A stretch of 64,000 nucleotides of DNA from SAR202 cluster bacterium (GTDB taxonomy: Bacteria; Chloroflexota; Dehalococcoidia; Lucifugimonadales; UBA3495): positions 6,992 to 70,991 of the forward strand of contig JABMNL010000003.1 of the NCBI GenBank assembly GCA_013204585.1, given 5' to 3'. The notes beneath the pieces were generated by a model that ran no database searches, was not told the origin of the DNA, and was given only the letters and a program-made list of their open reading frames with translations. Both the position numbers and the translations under genes were made by a program. Positions 42,079-50,806 of this stretch are shown in pieces; the stretch's first letter is position 1, and every line of letters begins with the position of its first letter.

Positions 42079-43083
42079 CTACAGTTTTCCCAACCTCACG
42101 AACCGCCCACCTATCAGCCATTCTGCCACGTAAATATTCCCGTCTCCGTCAACGGAAATTCCGTGGGGGCTATTGAATTTGCCAGTCTCCAATAAGCTGG
42201 TGGGGATAATCTTGCCCGATTCGTCTTTGTTATTGGGCCAGCCTTCGACCTCGCAAACCGGAAGATTGTCACAGAGAAAGCAGACCACGTTATCGTCCAC
42301 GTCGCAAACCACCAGGCGGGCGCGCAACTCCGCGATAACCATCAGGTCGCCGTGAACCGCGAAGCCGCTGGGAGTGGTGAAAACACCGCTGCCGAAGGCC
42401 CGCTCATAGTTGCCCTCTAAGTCGTATACCTGGACTCGGCCATTGGCCCGGTCGGCGACATATAGTTCGGGTTCGGACTTGCGACGGTCAATGAATATGC
42501 CGTGGGGGCAACTGAACCGTCCTGTCTGCCCTTCTTCGCCGTTGATGCTGGCCAGGTAATTCCCCGAACTATCGTAGTGGTGGACATAGCTCTGGCCGTA
42601 CCCATCAGCCACCCAAATGTCACCGTCGCCGCCGTGCCGTTCTTCATTGACCGCCACCAAGGTTGGTGAGTACATCCCCTCTTGGTAGACGTCCAGGTCC
42701 GGGCGTTCCAAACTCATCAGAACATTCCCCTCTAAGTCCATCTTCAACACCTGACCGCGAGCGCCTGCTCCCGGATATTGATAATCCAGACCGTGCTGGC
42801 GTTTCCGGCCATTGTCGGCAATCCACAGAAGTTCAGCATCGCCTTCTTTGACGATGGTAATACCGTGGGCGTCTGCCAGGTCAACCTGCCAAGAACGGAC
42901 TAGGTCTCCATTGGCAGCCAAGAGCATCATTGTGGGGTCGCCGGGATGGTAGGTAATAATCTGCCCGGCTTCCGTAACCGCGACACCGTGGTGCGCCCAG
43001 CCGGTGTTCTTGGTGGCTGAATCCGGTATCTTGGCCCACTGGTCATCCCACTGGTATCGGTTGTCTCCCTGACCTATCTGCAT
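42079..43083 (-). CDS. NHL-repeat beta-propeller protein, paralog-like to 33171..34049
   Basis: 334 aa with repeated blades (AHGITIVKEGD..LWIADNG, GDIWVADGYG, PHGIFIDRR...LYVADRANGRVQVYD, PHGISVDGDGNIYVAE). Confidence 0.7.
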   Translation of the reverse strand: MQIGQGDNRYQWDDQWAKIPDSATKNTGWAHHGVAVTEAGQIITYHPGDPTMMLLAANGDLVRSWQVDLADAHGITIVKEGDAELLWIADNGRKRQHGLDYQYPGAGARGQVLKMDLEGNVLMSLERPDLDVYQEGMYSPTLVAVNEERHGGDGDIWVADGYGQSYVHHYDSSGNYLASINGEEGQTGRFSCPHGIFIDRRKSEPELYVADRANGRVQVYDLEGNYERAFGSGVFTTPSGFAVHGDLMVIAELRARLVVCDVDDNVVCFLCDNLPVCEVEGWPNNKDESGKIIPTSLLETGKFNSPHGISVDGDGNIYVAEWLIGGRFVRLGKL

Positions 43084-43240
43084 TAATCATCCCCCCAACG
43101 CTTTGTTCCCAAGACTCCTCGATTATCCCCGAAACGCTACTACGGACAGACTATAGCGACAAGAGGGTGCGGCGGTGGACGCGGCCAGCCGCCGAACTGT
43201 AGACTTGGTCTCAAATCACGACTGCCCCCGGAGTGAACTC

Positions 43241-44311
43241 ATGCATGTCGGAACGTCCACCTTTTTCCAGAACCGCAACCAGACCAGGACTGATTACGAG
43301 GTCTACCAGAACGAGCTGCACCTCGCCGACCTGGCCGAACCGTTAGGGTTTGAGTCCATTTGGGGAGTCGAACACCATTTCACCGACTACACCATGTGCC
43401 CCGACGTGCTGCAATTCCTTTCTTACATGGCAGGCCGTACGGAGAAAGTACAACTTGGCAGCATGGTGGTGGTGCTCCCGTGGCATGACCCGATGCGCGT
43501 TGCGGAGCAGTTTTCAGTACTCGACCACCTGAGCGGCGGGCGAGCAATTGTCGGCGTGGGTAGGGGTTTGGCCAGGGTGGAATACGACGCCTTTAAATTG
43601 GACATGGCCGAGTCCCGAATCAGGTTTTCCGAGAGCACCCAACTCTTGGTGCGGGCTTTGGAAGAAGGGGTCGCTGAGTTCGACGGCGAGCTAATCAAGC
43701 AGCCGAGGGTGGACATCCGACCCAAGCCATTCAAGAGTTTCAAGGGACGGACCTACGCTGCCGCCGTTTCACCGGAATCATCGGTTGCCCTGGCTGAGTT
43801 GGGGTTGGGTATGCTCATCATTCCCCAGAAGCCCTGGAAAGATGTTGAAACCGAGTTGAAGGCCTACCGTGAGATTTTTCAAGAAATGAACGGGGCCGCT
43901 CCTCCTGCGCCCATAGTAGTGGGGTTCACTTTCTGCCATGAAGACGAAGACAAGGCCCGGGAGATGGCTGCGGAATACATCGGCAACTATTGGGGGTCAG
44001 TGATGGACCACTACGAATTCCATAGCGACCACTTGAAGACCACCAAGGGTTACGAATACTACGGCAAGTTCACCGAGAAGATTGAACAACTAGGCGACCA
44101 GGACGTAAAGGACTTCTTCGTGGACCTGCAGGTATGGGGCACCCCGGACCAGTGCTACGAGAAAATAATGGACATTCGAGGCCGCACTGGCCACGACTCA
44201 TTCTTGGCGGCGTTCAGCTACGGAGGACTACCCTACGACGAGGCCGAACGGAGCATGAGGCTATTTGCCAAAGAAGTGATGCCTCGATTGAAGAAACTGC
44301 CTGCCGCGTAA
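43241..44311 (+). CDS. LLM-class (luciferase-like) flavin-dependent oxidoreductase
   Basis: Starts MHVGTSTFFQNR (track ORF 43175 is an extension). Contains GFESIWGVEHHFTDY and GGRAIVGVGRG motifs. Confidence 0.85.
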   Translation: MHVGTSTFFQNRNQTRTDYEVYQNELHLADLAEPLGFESIWGVEHHFTDYTMCPDVLQFLSYMAGRTEKVQLGSMVVVLPWHDPMRVAEQFSVLDHLSGGRAIVGVGRGLARVEYDAFKLDMAESRIRFSESTQLLVRALEEGVAEFDGELIKQPRVDIRPKPFKSFKGRTYAAAVSPESSVALAELGLGMLIIPQKPWKDVETELKAYREIFQEMNGAAPPAPIVVGFTFCHEDEDKAREMAAEYIGNYWGSVMDHYEFHSDHLKTTKGYEYYGKFTEKIEQLGDQDVKDFFVDLQVWGTPDQCYEKIMDIRGRTGHDSFLAAFSYGGLPYDEAERSMRLFAKEVMPRLKKLPAA

Positions 44312-44323
44312 GTTAGTCCCGGG

Positions 44324-44941
44324 TCACGCCGACGCCGACCTGATGGCCTCACGCAGTTCGTCGATACTTACATCGCCACGGTGTAGCTCGCCACCAATCA
44401 AATAGGTGGGAGTACCGGTAACCCCTTTCTCTTTGGCTGCTTCGTATTCACCCATCACGGTGTCCCGGTATTCAGCGGACTCGATTCGCGGTCCCAAGTC
44501 TGACCAATCCAAATCAGCGCTCTCCGCAATACTTTTTAAAACGTCCAGATTGTTAACGTCAGCCCCTGACCCCCAAAATGCTCCGGCAGCCAGATGGTGA
44601 AACTGACTGTCCTTTCCCTTTTCCGTCGCGTAGGCGGTAGCCTCGTGGGCCCGCACCGTATTGGGAGACCACTGCGGTCGGCGCATTACAAGGCCAACGC
44701 CTTTTGCCCGCTCTTGCATAGCAGAATTTAACTCCGTTTCAGTCTCCCCTTCATTCATATTGCGAGGCTCTCCTTCCGGTGGACGCTCGGGCCGCAGCAA
44801 GTACGGTTTCCGGTCAACCTCAATCGAAATCTCTCCAGATAGTTCCTTGGCCAACATGTCGAGCCTGCCCAGGCCGACGTAGCAATAGGGTCAAGTGTAA
44901 TCGTGCCAAATAGTCACGTTAACGACGGCGGGTGCGGCCAT
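44324..44941 (-). CDS. DsbA/FrnE-like thiol oxidoreductase with in-frame TGA (44893..44891) at the first redox-Cys position: candidate selenoprotein (U-P-Y-C)
   Basis: The minus strand reads ATG(44941) AAPAVVNVTIWHDYT TGA PYCYVGLGRLDMLAKE..., continuous and in frame with track ORF 44324..44857. A GGAG Shine-Dalgarno lies 7 nt upstream of the ATG. The family motif is W.D..CP.CY.G. Confidence 0.65.
44858..44878 (-). promoter_or_regulatory. candidate bacterial SECIS hairpin
   Basis: The RNA GUCGGCCUGGGCAGGCUCGAC starts 13 nt 3' of the UGA. It forms a 5-bp lower stem, a bulged C and a 2-bp upper stem, with the G-rich apical loop UGGGCA. Confidence 0.4.
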
Positions 44942-45093
44942 GTCGTATCTCCTACCGGTGTGAATTGCTTTCTGGGAGCGATTTCGGGGCATTGTAGCAC
45001 GCAAAAACAGATTCCTCCGCAATATCACGCCTCAAACTCTTAAGAACCCCCAAACCCCGGTGCGATTGACTAACATTGACCGTCCGTTAGATT

Positions 45094-45101
45094 GTTATAA
45101 T
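45094..45101 (+). promoter_or_regulatory. extended -10 element TGtTATAAT upstream of the SDR gene
   Basis: Read directly from the sequence. TTGAC-like hexamers lie 14 and 24 nt upstream, so the -35 assignment is unclear. Confidence 0.3.
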
Positions 45102-45268
45102 CCATAAAATTTAGTTACACAATTCCAAGCAATTCGAAATTTAACATGTGGACTTGCATAGCAATCGACACTTCAATCACCTTTGAAGTGTTTTCGGCAG
45201 GGACTTACGTGGTCGACGGGTCGCGTGAGAACAATCCTCTACTTTAATCGAGTTGGGGGAATCAAAGT

Positions 45269-46036
45269 ATGGACCGGCTAACTGGCAAAGTGATTATCGT
45301 GACGGGAGGCGCCAACGGCATTGGGCGCGCTTACGTCGAAGCCCTGGCGCGGGAAGGGGCCCAACTGGTAATCGCAGACATCGACAGACCCTCTGGACAA
45401 GAGCTAGCAGAATCGTTGGCTGCGTCTGGAACACAAGCTATCGCATTGAACACCGACGTTTCGCAATGGACGGAAGTTGAACGCTTGGCACGTGAAACGG
45501 CTGAGCGATTCGGTCGCATTGATGGCCTGGTTAATAACGCGGCGTTCTACCAGCGGCCTAAGATAATGGCCCGAGTCCCATTCGAACAGATTCCCTTAGA
45601 TGAGTGGGACCAAATGATGTCGGTAAACCTGCGGGGAACCTTTCTCTGCTGCCGAGCGGTGGTCCCTTTCATGAAGCTCCAACGGTCAGGAAAGATTGTT
45701 AACATTTCGTCTGCAAACATCTATCACGGCGGTAATTTCGCCGCCCATTACATTACGTCGAAGGCTGGTGTCATCGGCCTTACCAGGTCCCTCGCCCGCG
45801 AGCTGGGAAGCCACAACATCAACGTAAACGCTCTAGCACCCGGCCTCACCCCAAGCCTGGACAACCCACCAGAATCCTTCGCCGAAAATAACGCCAGGCG
45901 CGTGCGTGACCGGTCGATTAAAAGGGACCAGATCCCAGCCGACTTGATTGGCACAATGATGTACTTACTTTCCTCCGACAGCGACTTTATGACCGGCCAG
46001 ACTGTGGTGGTCGACGGCGGGGACCGTATGATTTAG
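45269..46036 (+). CDS. SDR-family oxidoreductase (FabG-like)
   Basis: 255 aa with TGGANGIG, NNAA and YITSKAG motifs. Confidence 0.85.
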   Translation: MDRLTGKVIIVTGGANGIGRAYVEALAREGAQLVIADIDRPSGQELAESLAASGTQAIALNTDVSQWTEVERLARETAERFGRIDGLVNNAAFYQRPKIMARVPFEQIPLDEWDQMMSVNLRGTFLCCRAVVPFMKLQRSGKIVNISSANIYHGGNFAAHYITSKAGVIGLTRSLARELGSHNINVNALAPGLTPSLDNPPESFAENNARRVRDRSIKRDQIPADLIGTMMYLLSSDSDFMTGQTVVVDGGDRMI

Positions 46037-46061
46037 GACAACCGCCATACTATTTGGCAAA

Positions 46062-46100
46062 AAAAGAAGGCCGCCGTGTTAAATACGGCGGCCTTCTTTT
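46062..46100. terminator. bidirectional rho-independent terminator
   Basis: aagaaggccgccgt / acggcggccttctt, flanked by an A-run and a T-run. Confidence 0.8.
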
Positions 46101-46122
46101 GCGCTCGGTGTTTACGATTAAA

Positions 46123-47070
46123 CTAGTCTGCGGCGCTGGGCGAACCGGAGCGGGCAAAGGCGTTTCTCAACGCAGCAGACGCCTCGTCCACCGCTTGCTG
46201 GCCCTTGTCCACGAAGGCTCCCATGCTGAAGAAGCCGTGGATTACGCCGTCATAGCGAGTGCTGGTGGTGGCGACTCCGGCTTCCTGGAGTCGCTTGGCG
46301 TAGGCTTCGCCTTCGTCCCTAAGTGGGTCGAATTCCGCAGTGATTACCAGAGCGGGTGGCTGCCCAGCCAGGCTCTTGGCCCGCATCGGCACCGCGTAGG
46401 GGTTGGCAGCATGCTCAGCATCAATGTATTGGTCCCAGTAATACTGCATGGTGACCTTGGTCAGCGAATACCCTTCGGCGTTGTCCCCATAGGAGACTGT
46501 GTTGTAGTCAAGGTCGGTTACGGGGTACACCAGAAGCTGCAAGGCAATCTCGGGACCGCCTCGGTCGGCGGCCATCAAGGCCATGGCCGCGGCCAGGTTG
46601 CCGCCGGCGCTGTCGCCACCCACCGCTAAGCGAGTGGGATCGCCGTTAATGCTGGCAGCATTGTTGACCGCCCAGGTAGTAGCCGCCCAGCAGTCTTCGG
46701 CGGGGCCGGGGAACTTGGTGTCCGGAGCTAGGCGGTAGTCCACGGAAATGACCACACACTGTCCGCCCGCGCACATGTTGCGGGCCGCGCCGTCAGCCGA
46801 CTCCAGGTCACCAACGACCCAGCCGCCGCCGTGGAACCAGGCCAAAATCGGGAATGGGCCGTCGCCCTCGGGCGTATAGATACGCACTGAGACATCGCTA
46901 TCCGGGCCGGGGATGGTCCGGTCTTCCACCTTGGCCACTTCAGCGCCGGGAGAGCGGGGACGTTTCTTGGCGTTAACCCTGGCTTCTGCCGGGCTAACCG
47001 TATGGGGCGCGGGCAGCCCCAGGGCCGCCGCCTGTTCCATTACTTTAATTACTTGAGGGTCTAACGGCAT
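46123..47070 (-). CDS. alpha/beta hydrolase, hormone-sensitive-lipase-type esterase
   Basis: 315 aa with the oxyanion motif HGGGW, the nucleophile elbow GDSAGG, and C-terminal D and H residues. Confidence 0.85.
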   Translation of the reverse strand: MPLDPQVIKVMEQAAALGLPAPHTVSPAEARVNAKKRPRSPGAEVAKVEDRTIPGPDSDVSVRIYTPEGDGPFPILAWFHGGGWVVGDLESADGAARNMCAGGQCVVISVDYRLAPDTKFPGPAEDCWAATTWAVNNAASINGDPTRLAVGGDSAGGNLAAAMALMAADRGGPEIALQLLVYPVTDLDYNTVSYGDNAEGYSLTKVTMQYYWDQYIDAEHAANPYAVPMRAKSLAGQPPALVITAEFDPLRDEGEAYAKRLQEAGVATTSTRYDGVIHGFFSMGAFVDKGQQAVDEASAALRNAFARSGSPSAAD

Positions 47071-47207
47071 TTCATACCTCTATATTGGTTGATTAATTGC
47101 CACTCATCCTAAGCGCGGGGCCTGCAATTGGCAACGGCTTACAGGGCATAAAAGCTAAGCGATGAACTGGGCTTCCCGTTCAACTCTTGCATTGCTCCCG
47201 AAGTCAA

Positions 47208-47663
47208 TTATTTCTTGAGACTGGCCTGCCATTCTTCGTGGGGCGGGACTTCCTCGCCGACGACGTATAGATAATAGTAGCAGCCCATGTCGCCCAGAAA
47301 TTTGAATTGTTTGCGGAGGTCTTTGACCAGGGCCTGGAAGTCTCCATGGGAACGGAGGTATTTCTGAAATCCGCCGAACTCTGAATCCAATTCCAAGAGT
47401 CTCTGGGCGTTGCTGACCACCGATTCTAGCTTGCGGCGGTTACGGATTACTCTGGTATCTTGCGTCAATTGGTCAATATCAAAAGGGGTCATGCCAGCGA
47501 CTTTGGCGGCGTCAAAGCCATGGAAAGCTGCCTGGGTGCCGGGCCACTTAGATTCAACAATCTTGTAGGACATACCCGACTGAAAGACCACCTTACTCAT
47601 GACCTCTAGGTAGTCGTTGGGACCCCGCGGTTGAATCTGGGGCGGTGCCTGCATTTCCGGCAT
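47208..47663 (-). CDS. Tag (DNA-3-methyladenine glycosylase I)-like HhH protein lacking the N-terminal zinc/substrate segment
   Basis: 151 aa. The stretch VVFQSGMSYKIVESKW...FDAAKVAGMTPFDIDQLTQDTRVIRNRRKLESVVSNA parallels the Tag core, but the RCGW...YHDNEWG start is absent. Confidence 0.55.
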   Translation of the reverse strand: MPEMQAPPQIQPRGPNDYLEVMSKVVFQSGMSYKIVESKWPGTQAAFHGFDAAKVAGMTPFDIDQLTQDTRVIRNRRKLESVVSNAQRLLELDSEFGGFQKYLRSHGDFQALVKDLRKQFKFLGDMGCYYYLYVVGEEVPPHEEWQASLKK

Positions 47664-47678
47664 TCTATTACTCCGGCG

Positions 47679-49025
47679 CTAGTTGGCCGTAGCGGATATG
47701 TGGTCGTCGATACGCTGCATCAAATCAATGATTGCTGGCATGGCTGGGCCGTAGCGGTCGGCGTCGTCGATGCCATAGCCCTTGTGGTAGGCGGAACGGA
47801 AGTTGGCGATGGGGCCTCCGGCTCCGGTAACCGATGAATTCCCCTCATCCCAGATTCCGCCGTGGATCAAGACGGGCATGGCGTTGGCATCGCGAAAGAC
47901 GTTCTTGGGGTCGCCGCCGTCCTCCACAATCAGCATCTGCTCTTCAAACTGGCGGCGCATGAACACGATGGGCAGGTCGGTCCGGCCCAGTTGCTCGGCT
48001 GTTCGGTCATATATGTCACCTTGGGAGACCCAGGCGTGGGCATCTTGGGCGAGGACGAAATCCCACATTGGCCGACCATCTTCATCGTAGATCGGTATGT
48101 CGTAGTAGGGAATGGACTCCTGTTCGCCAGCAGCCACCGCCCCAGGGGCCATGTAACAACCGTAAGCAATGTGGTAGGTATGGGTGTCGTCGATGGGCAC
48201 CCGAATCTGGAACTCCTGACGGACCTGTCCCGGCCCGCCGGTCTGGGTGTAGAAGGGGAAAATGACCGTCGAGTGGCGGGATTGGCGGTCGTTGTCGGCG
48301 CCCAGCGCTTTGGAGTAGTTAATCCCTTTTTCCATGCCATATTGGGTCTCATGGGCGTAGAGAGATTCGATGCCCCGCCCCATGTCGATTCTGGAATGCA
48401 AGGTGGACATCTGCCGGTCTTTCGTCCGTTCTTCCAGCTTGCCTTGCTTCTCCAACATATATTTGAACATGTAGCCGTGAAGATAGACGCTATGGGCCGG
48501 GTCGCCGGTATTCTCGTGGCATTGAAGCCAGTTGCAGTCCAACTCAGAAATCCCAATCTGCCGAATGGCGTTGGGCATCACAAACAGGTCCCAAGGTGGA
48601 AGCAGGGGCACCGGCTGCGGCCCCATATAAGCCCAGACCAGCCCTCCCATCTCTTGGACCGGGTAGGAGCCAATCTTGACCTGTTCTTTTAGTTTGTTGG
48701 TGGGCGATTCCAGCGGGGTGTCGATGCACTGGCCGTCGGGGGCGAACATCCAACCGTGATAGCAGCAGCGGAGGCCGTCTTCATCGGGGATGCCGTATTT
48801 CATCATGGCCAGCCGGTGGGGGCAGCGTTCACCCACCAGACCGAGGTCTCCCTTCTTGGTGATGAAGAGGACCAGGTCCTCGCCCAACACCCTAACGGGC
48901 ATGACATCTTTTTCTTTAATCTCGGCCAAGGGTCGTATCGGAATCCAATACCGGCGCATCAGTTCGCCCATTGGAGTTCCAGGCCCTACCTTGGTGAGTC
49001 TGTCATTCTGTTCGGCGGTCAGCAT
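47679..49025 (-). CDS. Rieske [2Fe-2S] non-heme-iron oxygenase, alpha subunit type
   Basis: 448 aa with the Rieske motif CPHR..(17)..CCYHGW and the mononuclear iron motif ENTGDPAHSVYLH. GGGAGGG Shine-Dalgarno. Confidence 0.85.
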   Translation of the reverse strand: MLTAEQNDRLTKVGPGTPMGELMRRYWIPIRPLAEIKEKDVMPVRVLGEDLVLFITKKGDLGLVGERCPHRLAMMKYGIPDEDGLRCCYHGWMFAPDGQCIDTPLESPTNKLKEQVKIGSYPVQEMGGLVWAYMGPQPVPLLPPWDLFVMPNAIRQIGISELDCNWLQCHENTGDPAHSVYLHGYMFKYMLEKQGKLEERTKDRQMSTLHSRIDMGRGIESLYAHETQYGMEKGINYSKALGADNDRQSRHSTVIFPFYTQTGGPGQVRQEFQIRVPIDDTHTYHIAYGCYMAPGAVAAGEQESIPYYDIPIYDEDGRPMWDFVLAQDAHAWVSQGDIYDRTAEQLGRTDLPIVFMRRQFEEQMLIVEDGGDPKNVFRDANAMPVLIHGGIWDEGNSSVTGAGGPIANFRSAYHKGYGIDDADRYGPAMPAIIDLMQRIDDHISATAN

Positions 49026-49135
49026 GTTGACCCTCCCTAATTAGCTCTGTGGTGAACGACTAGTTACGGAATATTACCCCTCTTGAACGGTAGGCAGATA
49101 GTATATATCACAACAGCTAATCCCAGAAGTTAAAC

Positions 49136-49175
49136 GCAAAAAACCGGCCTGGTGTACTTCCAGGCCGGTTTTTCG
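49136..49175. terminator. bidirectional rho-independent terminator after the repeat lipoprotein gene
   Basis: aaaccggcctgg / ccaggccggttt, flanked by A6 and T5. Confidence 0.85.
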
Positions 49176-49193
49176 ATAGGTCTTAACTTAAGA

Positions 49194-50609
49194 TTATTTG
49201 GCGGTGAAGACTGTTTCTTCGCCGTTGACCGATATTGTGTAAGTCCGCCCGCCTTCAAGGTGTTCTCCAAAGGGGATCTCGGTGACAACCGCAGGCAGGT
49301 CTTTGGTGCAGGGCACGTTGTCCGCCGCCACTTCCAGGTGAGTCAGCGTCACCTCGAAGCGCTCGAAGGACTGCCGGCTTATCTCGTAACCGTTGAACTT
49401 GGAGCAACTGCTACCCAGGGGAAGTCGAGAGACAACGGTGGCGATGTGTCCTCCGTCAACTTTGGCAACATCGACCTTTTCAATGGGCGACTCTTTTTCG
49501 ACCATGCCTTCCGCATCGAGGACAGTGAAGGAGTTGGTCAACGCACCATTGATGGTGACCGTGTAGGTCTCGCCGGGATTCAGGCCGCTTCCCAATACGA
49601 CCTCACCTTCGTGATATCCATAAATTGCGGTGCAGGCGATTGGCTCGTCGGGATTGGGCATCAGGTTGGTCACCTCAACCAAGAACCCGTTGCCGTTCCG
49701 CTCTACCTGGTACGCATTGAACTGGGCGCATCCGCTGGGCAAGCCTGATGTAATCTTGAGGACGTAGTCGCCCCCAGCTTCGTCAGGGGCAACCACCGTT
49801 GCGTCTTCGATGGGAGCCGGAGCTTCGACCGTTGCCTGCTCATTTTTGGGGAAGGTTGTCTCGGTGCCGTTTACCACTACTGTGTAGGTCTGGCCTGCGG
49901 CGAAGTCCTTTCCAAGAGGGATTTCAGTTACGACCACCGGCAGGTCGGCGGTGCAGGGCGCATTGTCCGCTGTGATTTCCCTATGGGTCACGGTTACTTC
50001 AATCTGTTCGGCGAACCGTCGGTTAATCTGGTAGCCGTTGAACTTGGAGCAACTGCTGCCCAATGGCAGCCGCGAGATGACGGTCAGTATGTATCCACCG
50101 TCGGCCTCCGTCACATCAATCTCCTCAATGGGAGACTCCTTCTCAACCATGGCCAGGCCGTCCTCATTCTGCGCGGTGAAAGAGAGGGCGAACTCGTCGT
50201 TGATTGCCACGGTGTAGGTCTCGTCGGCAGTCAGTCCACTTCCCAGCACTACCTCACCTTCGTGGTAGCCATAGATTTCGGTACACGCGATGAGCTCGTC
50301 TGGAGCGGGTACCAAGTTGATTACCTTGACCGCGAAGCCGTTGCCGTCCCGTTCAACCTGGTAGCGGCTGAAGTTGGCGCAACCACCGGGTAGACCGGAG
50401 GTAATATTTAGGACATAGTCGCCGCCAACCTCTTTCGGGGTCACCACTGTCGCGTCCTCAATCGGGGCCGGGACCTCGACCATTGCTGGAGGGGCTCCCT
50501 TTATCGGAGAGTCGGTGACCGGCGAGTTCCCGTTGCCTCCGCAGGCAACCGCCGCCAGCAAAGCCACCGCGACCACCAAGAACATTATTAAGCCGATTCT
50601 CTCTTTCAT
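49194..50609 (-). CDS. lipoprotein of unknown function built from four ~105-aa Cys-pair domains (two tandem ~212-aa modules)
   Basis: The start is MKERIGLIMFLVVAVALLAAVACGG (ATG 50609, GGAGGA Shine-Dalgarno; track start 50630 is 7 codons upstream). The lipobox is AVAC. Modules at aa ~45-261 and ~262-473 are clearly collinear. Confidence 0.8.
   Translation of the reverse strand: MKERIGLIMFLVVAVALLAAVACGGNGNSPVTDSPIKGAPPAMVEVPAPIEDATVVTPKEVGGDYVLNITSGLPGGCANFSRYQVERDGNGFAVKVINLVPAPDELIACTEIYGYHEGEVVLGSGLTADETYTVAINDEFALSFTAQNEDGLAMVEKESPIEEIDVTEADGGYILTVISRLPLGSSCSKFNGYQINRRFAEQIEVTVTHREITADNAPCTADLPVVVTEIPLGKDFAAGQTYTVVVNGTETTFPKNEQATVEAPAPIEDATVVAPDEAGGDYVLKITSGLPSGCAQFNAYQVERNGNGFLVEVTNLMPNPDEPIACTAIYGYHEGEVVLGSGLNPGETYTVTINGALTNSFTVLDAEGMVEKESPIEKVDVAKVDGGHIATVVSRLPLGSSCSKFNGYEISRQSFERFEVTLTHLEVAADNVPCTKDLPAVVTEIPFGEHLEGGRTYTISVNGEETVFTAK
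49197..50483 (-). repeat. in-frame tandem duplication, two units of ~636-651 bp
   Basis: The units are 49197..49832 and 49833..50483. Conserved strings include APAPIEDATVV, GGDYVL.ITSGLP.GC, IACT.IYGYHEGEVVLGSGL, VSRLPLGSSCSKFNGY and VVTEIP.G. Confidence 0.8.
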
Positions 50610-50806
50610 TACCGTCCTCCGTTCTATCATCGTTTTGTTTGTGCCTTCTCCCTACATGACGAATACCGTCACGATTTTGTTCCCAGTTTTTCCGCGGCCA
50701 GGCCCCAATCGTGCTATATACTACTGTACCAGTCTCAAACGCGCCTAGATTGGCCGTCTGCCAGCAGCCCCAGCATCAAACCCCTGCGATAAATGGAGGT
50801 ACCCAA

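Noticed and set aside
47862-48692. Long antisense or alternative-frame ORFs inside well-supported genes, e.g. 47862..48692 (+, 276 aa), 47930..48556 (-), 25944..26558 (-, 204 aa), 52223..52855 (-, 210 aa), 32279..32992 (+, 237 aa), 49152..49748 (+), 46054..46629 (+), 36816..37370 (+), 17023..17514 (-), 34656..35150 (-), 35362..35862 (-)
   Set aside because: Each lies wholly within a gene that has strong family motifs on the other strand or frame. Their products are Arg/Pro/Gly/Ala-rich low-complexity strings typical of shadow ORFs in GC-rich DNA, and none has a Shine-Dalgarno or a recognisable motif.
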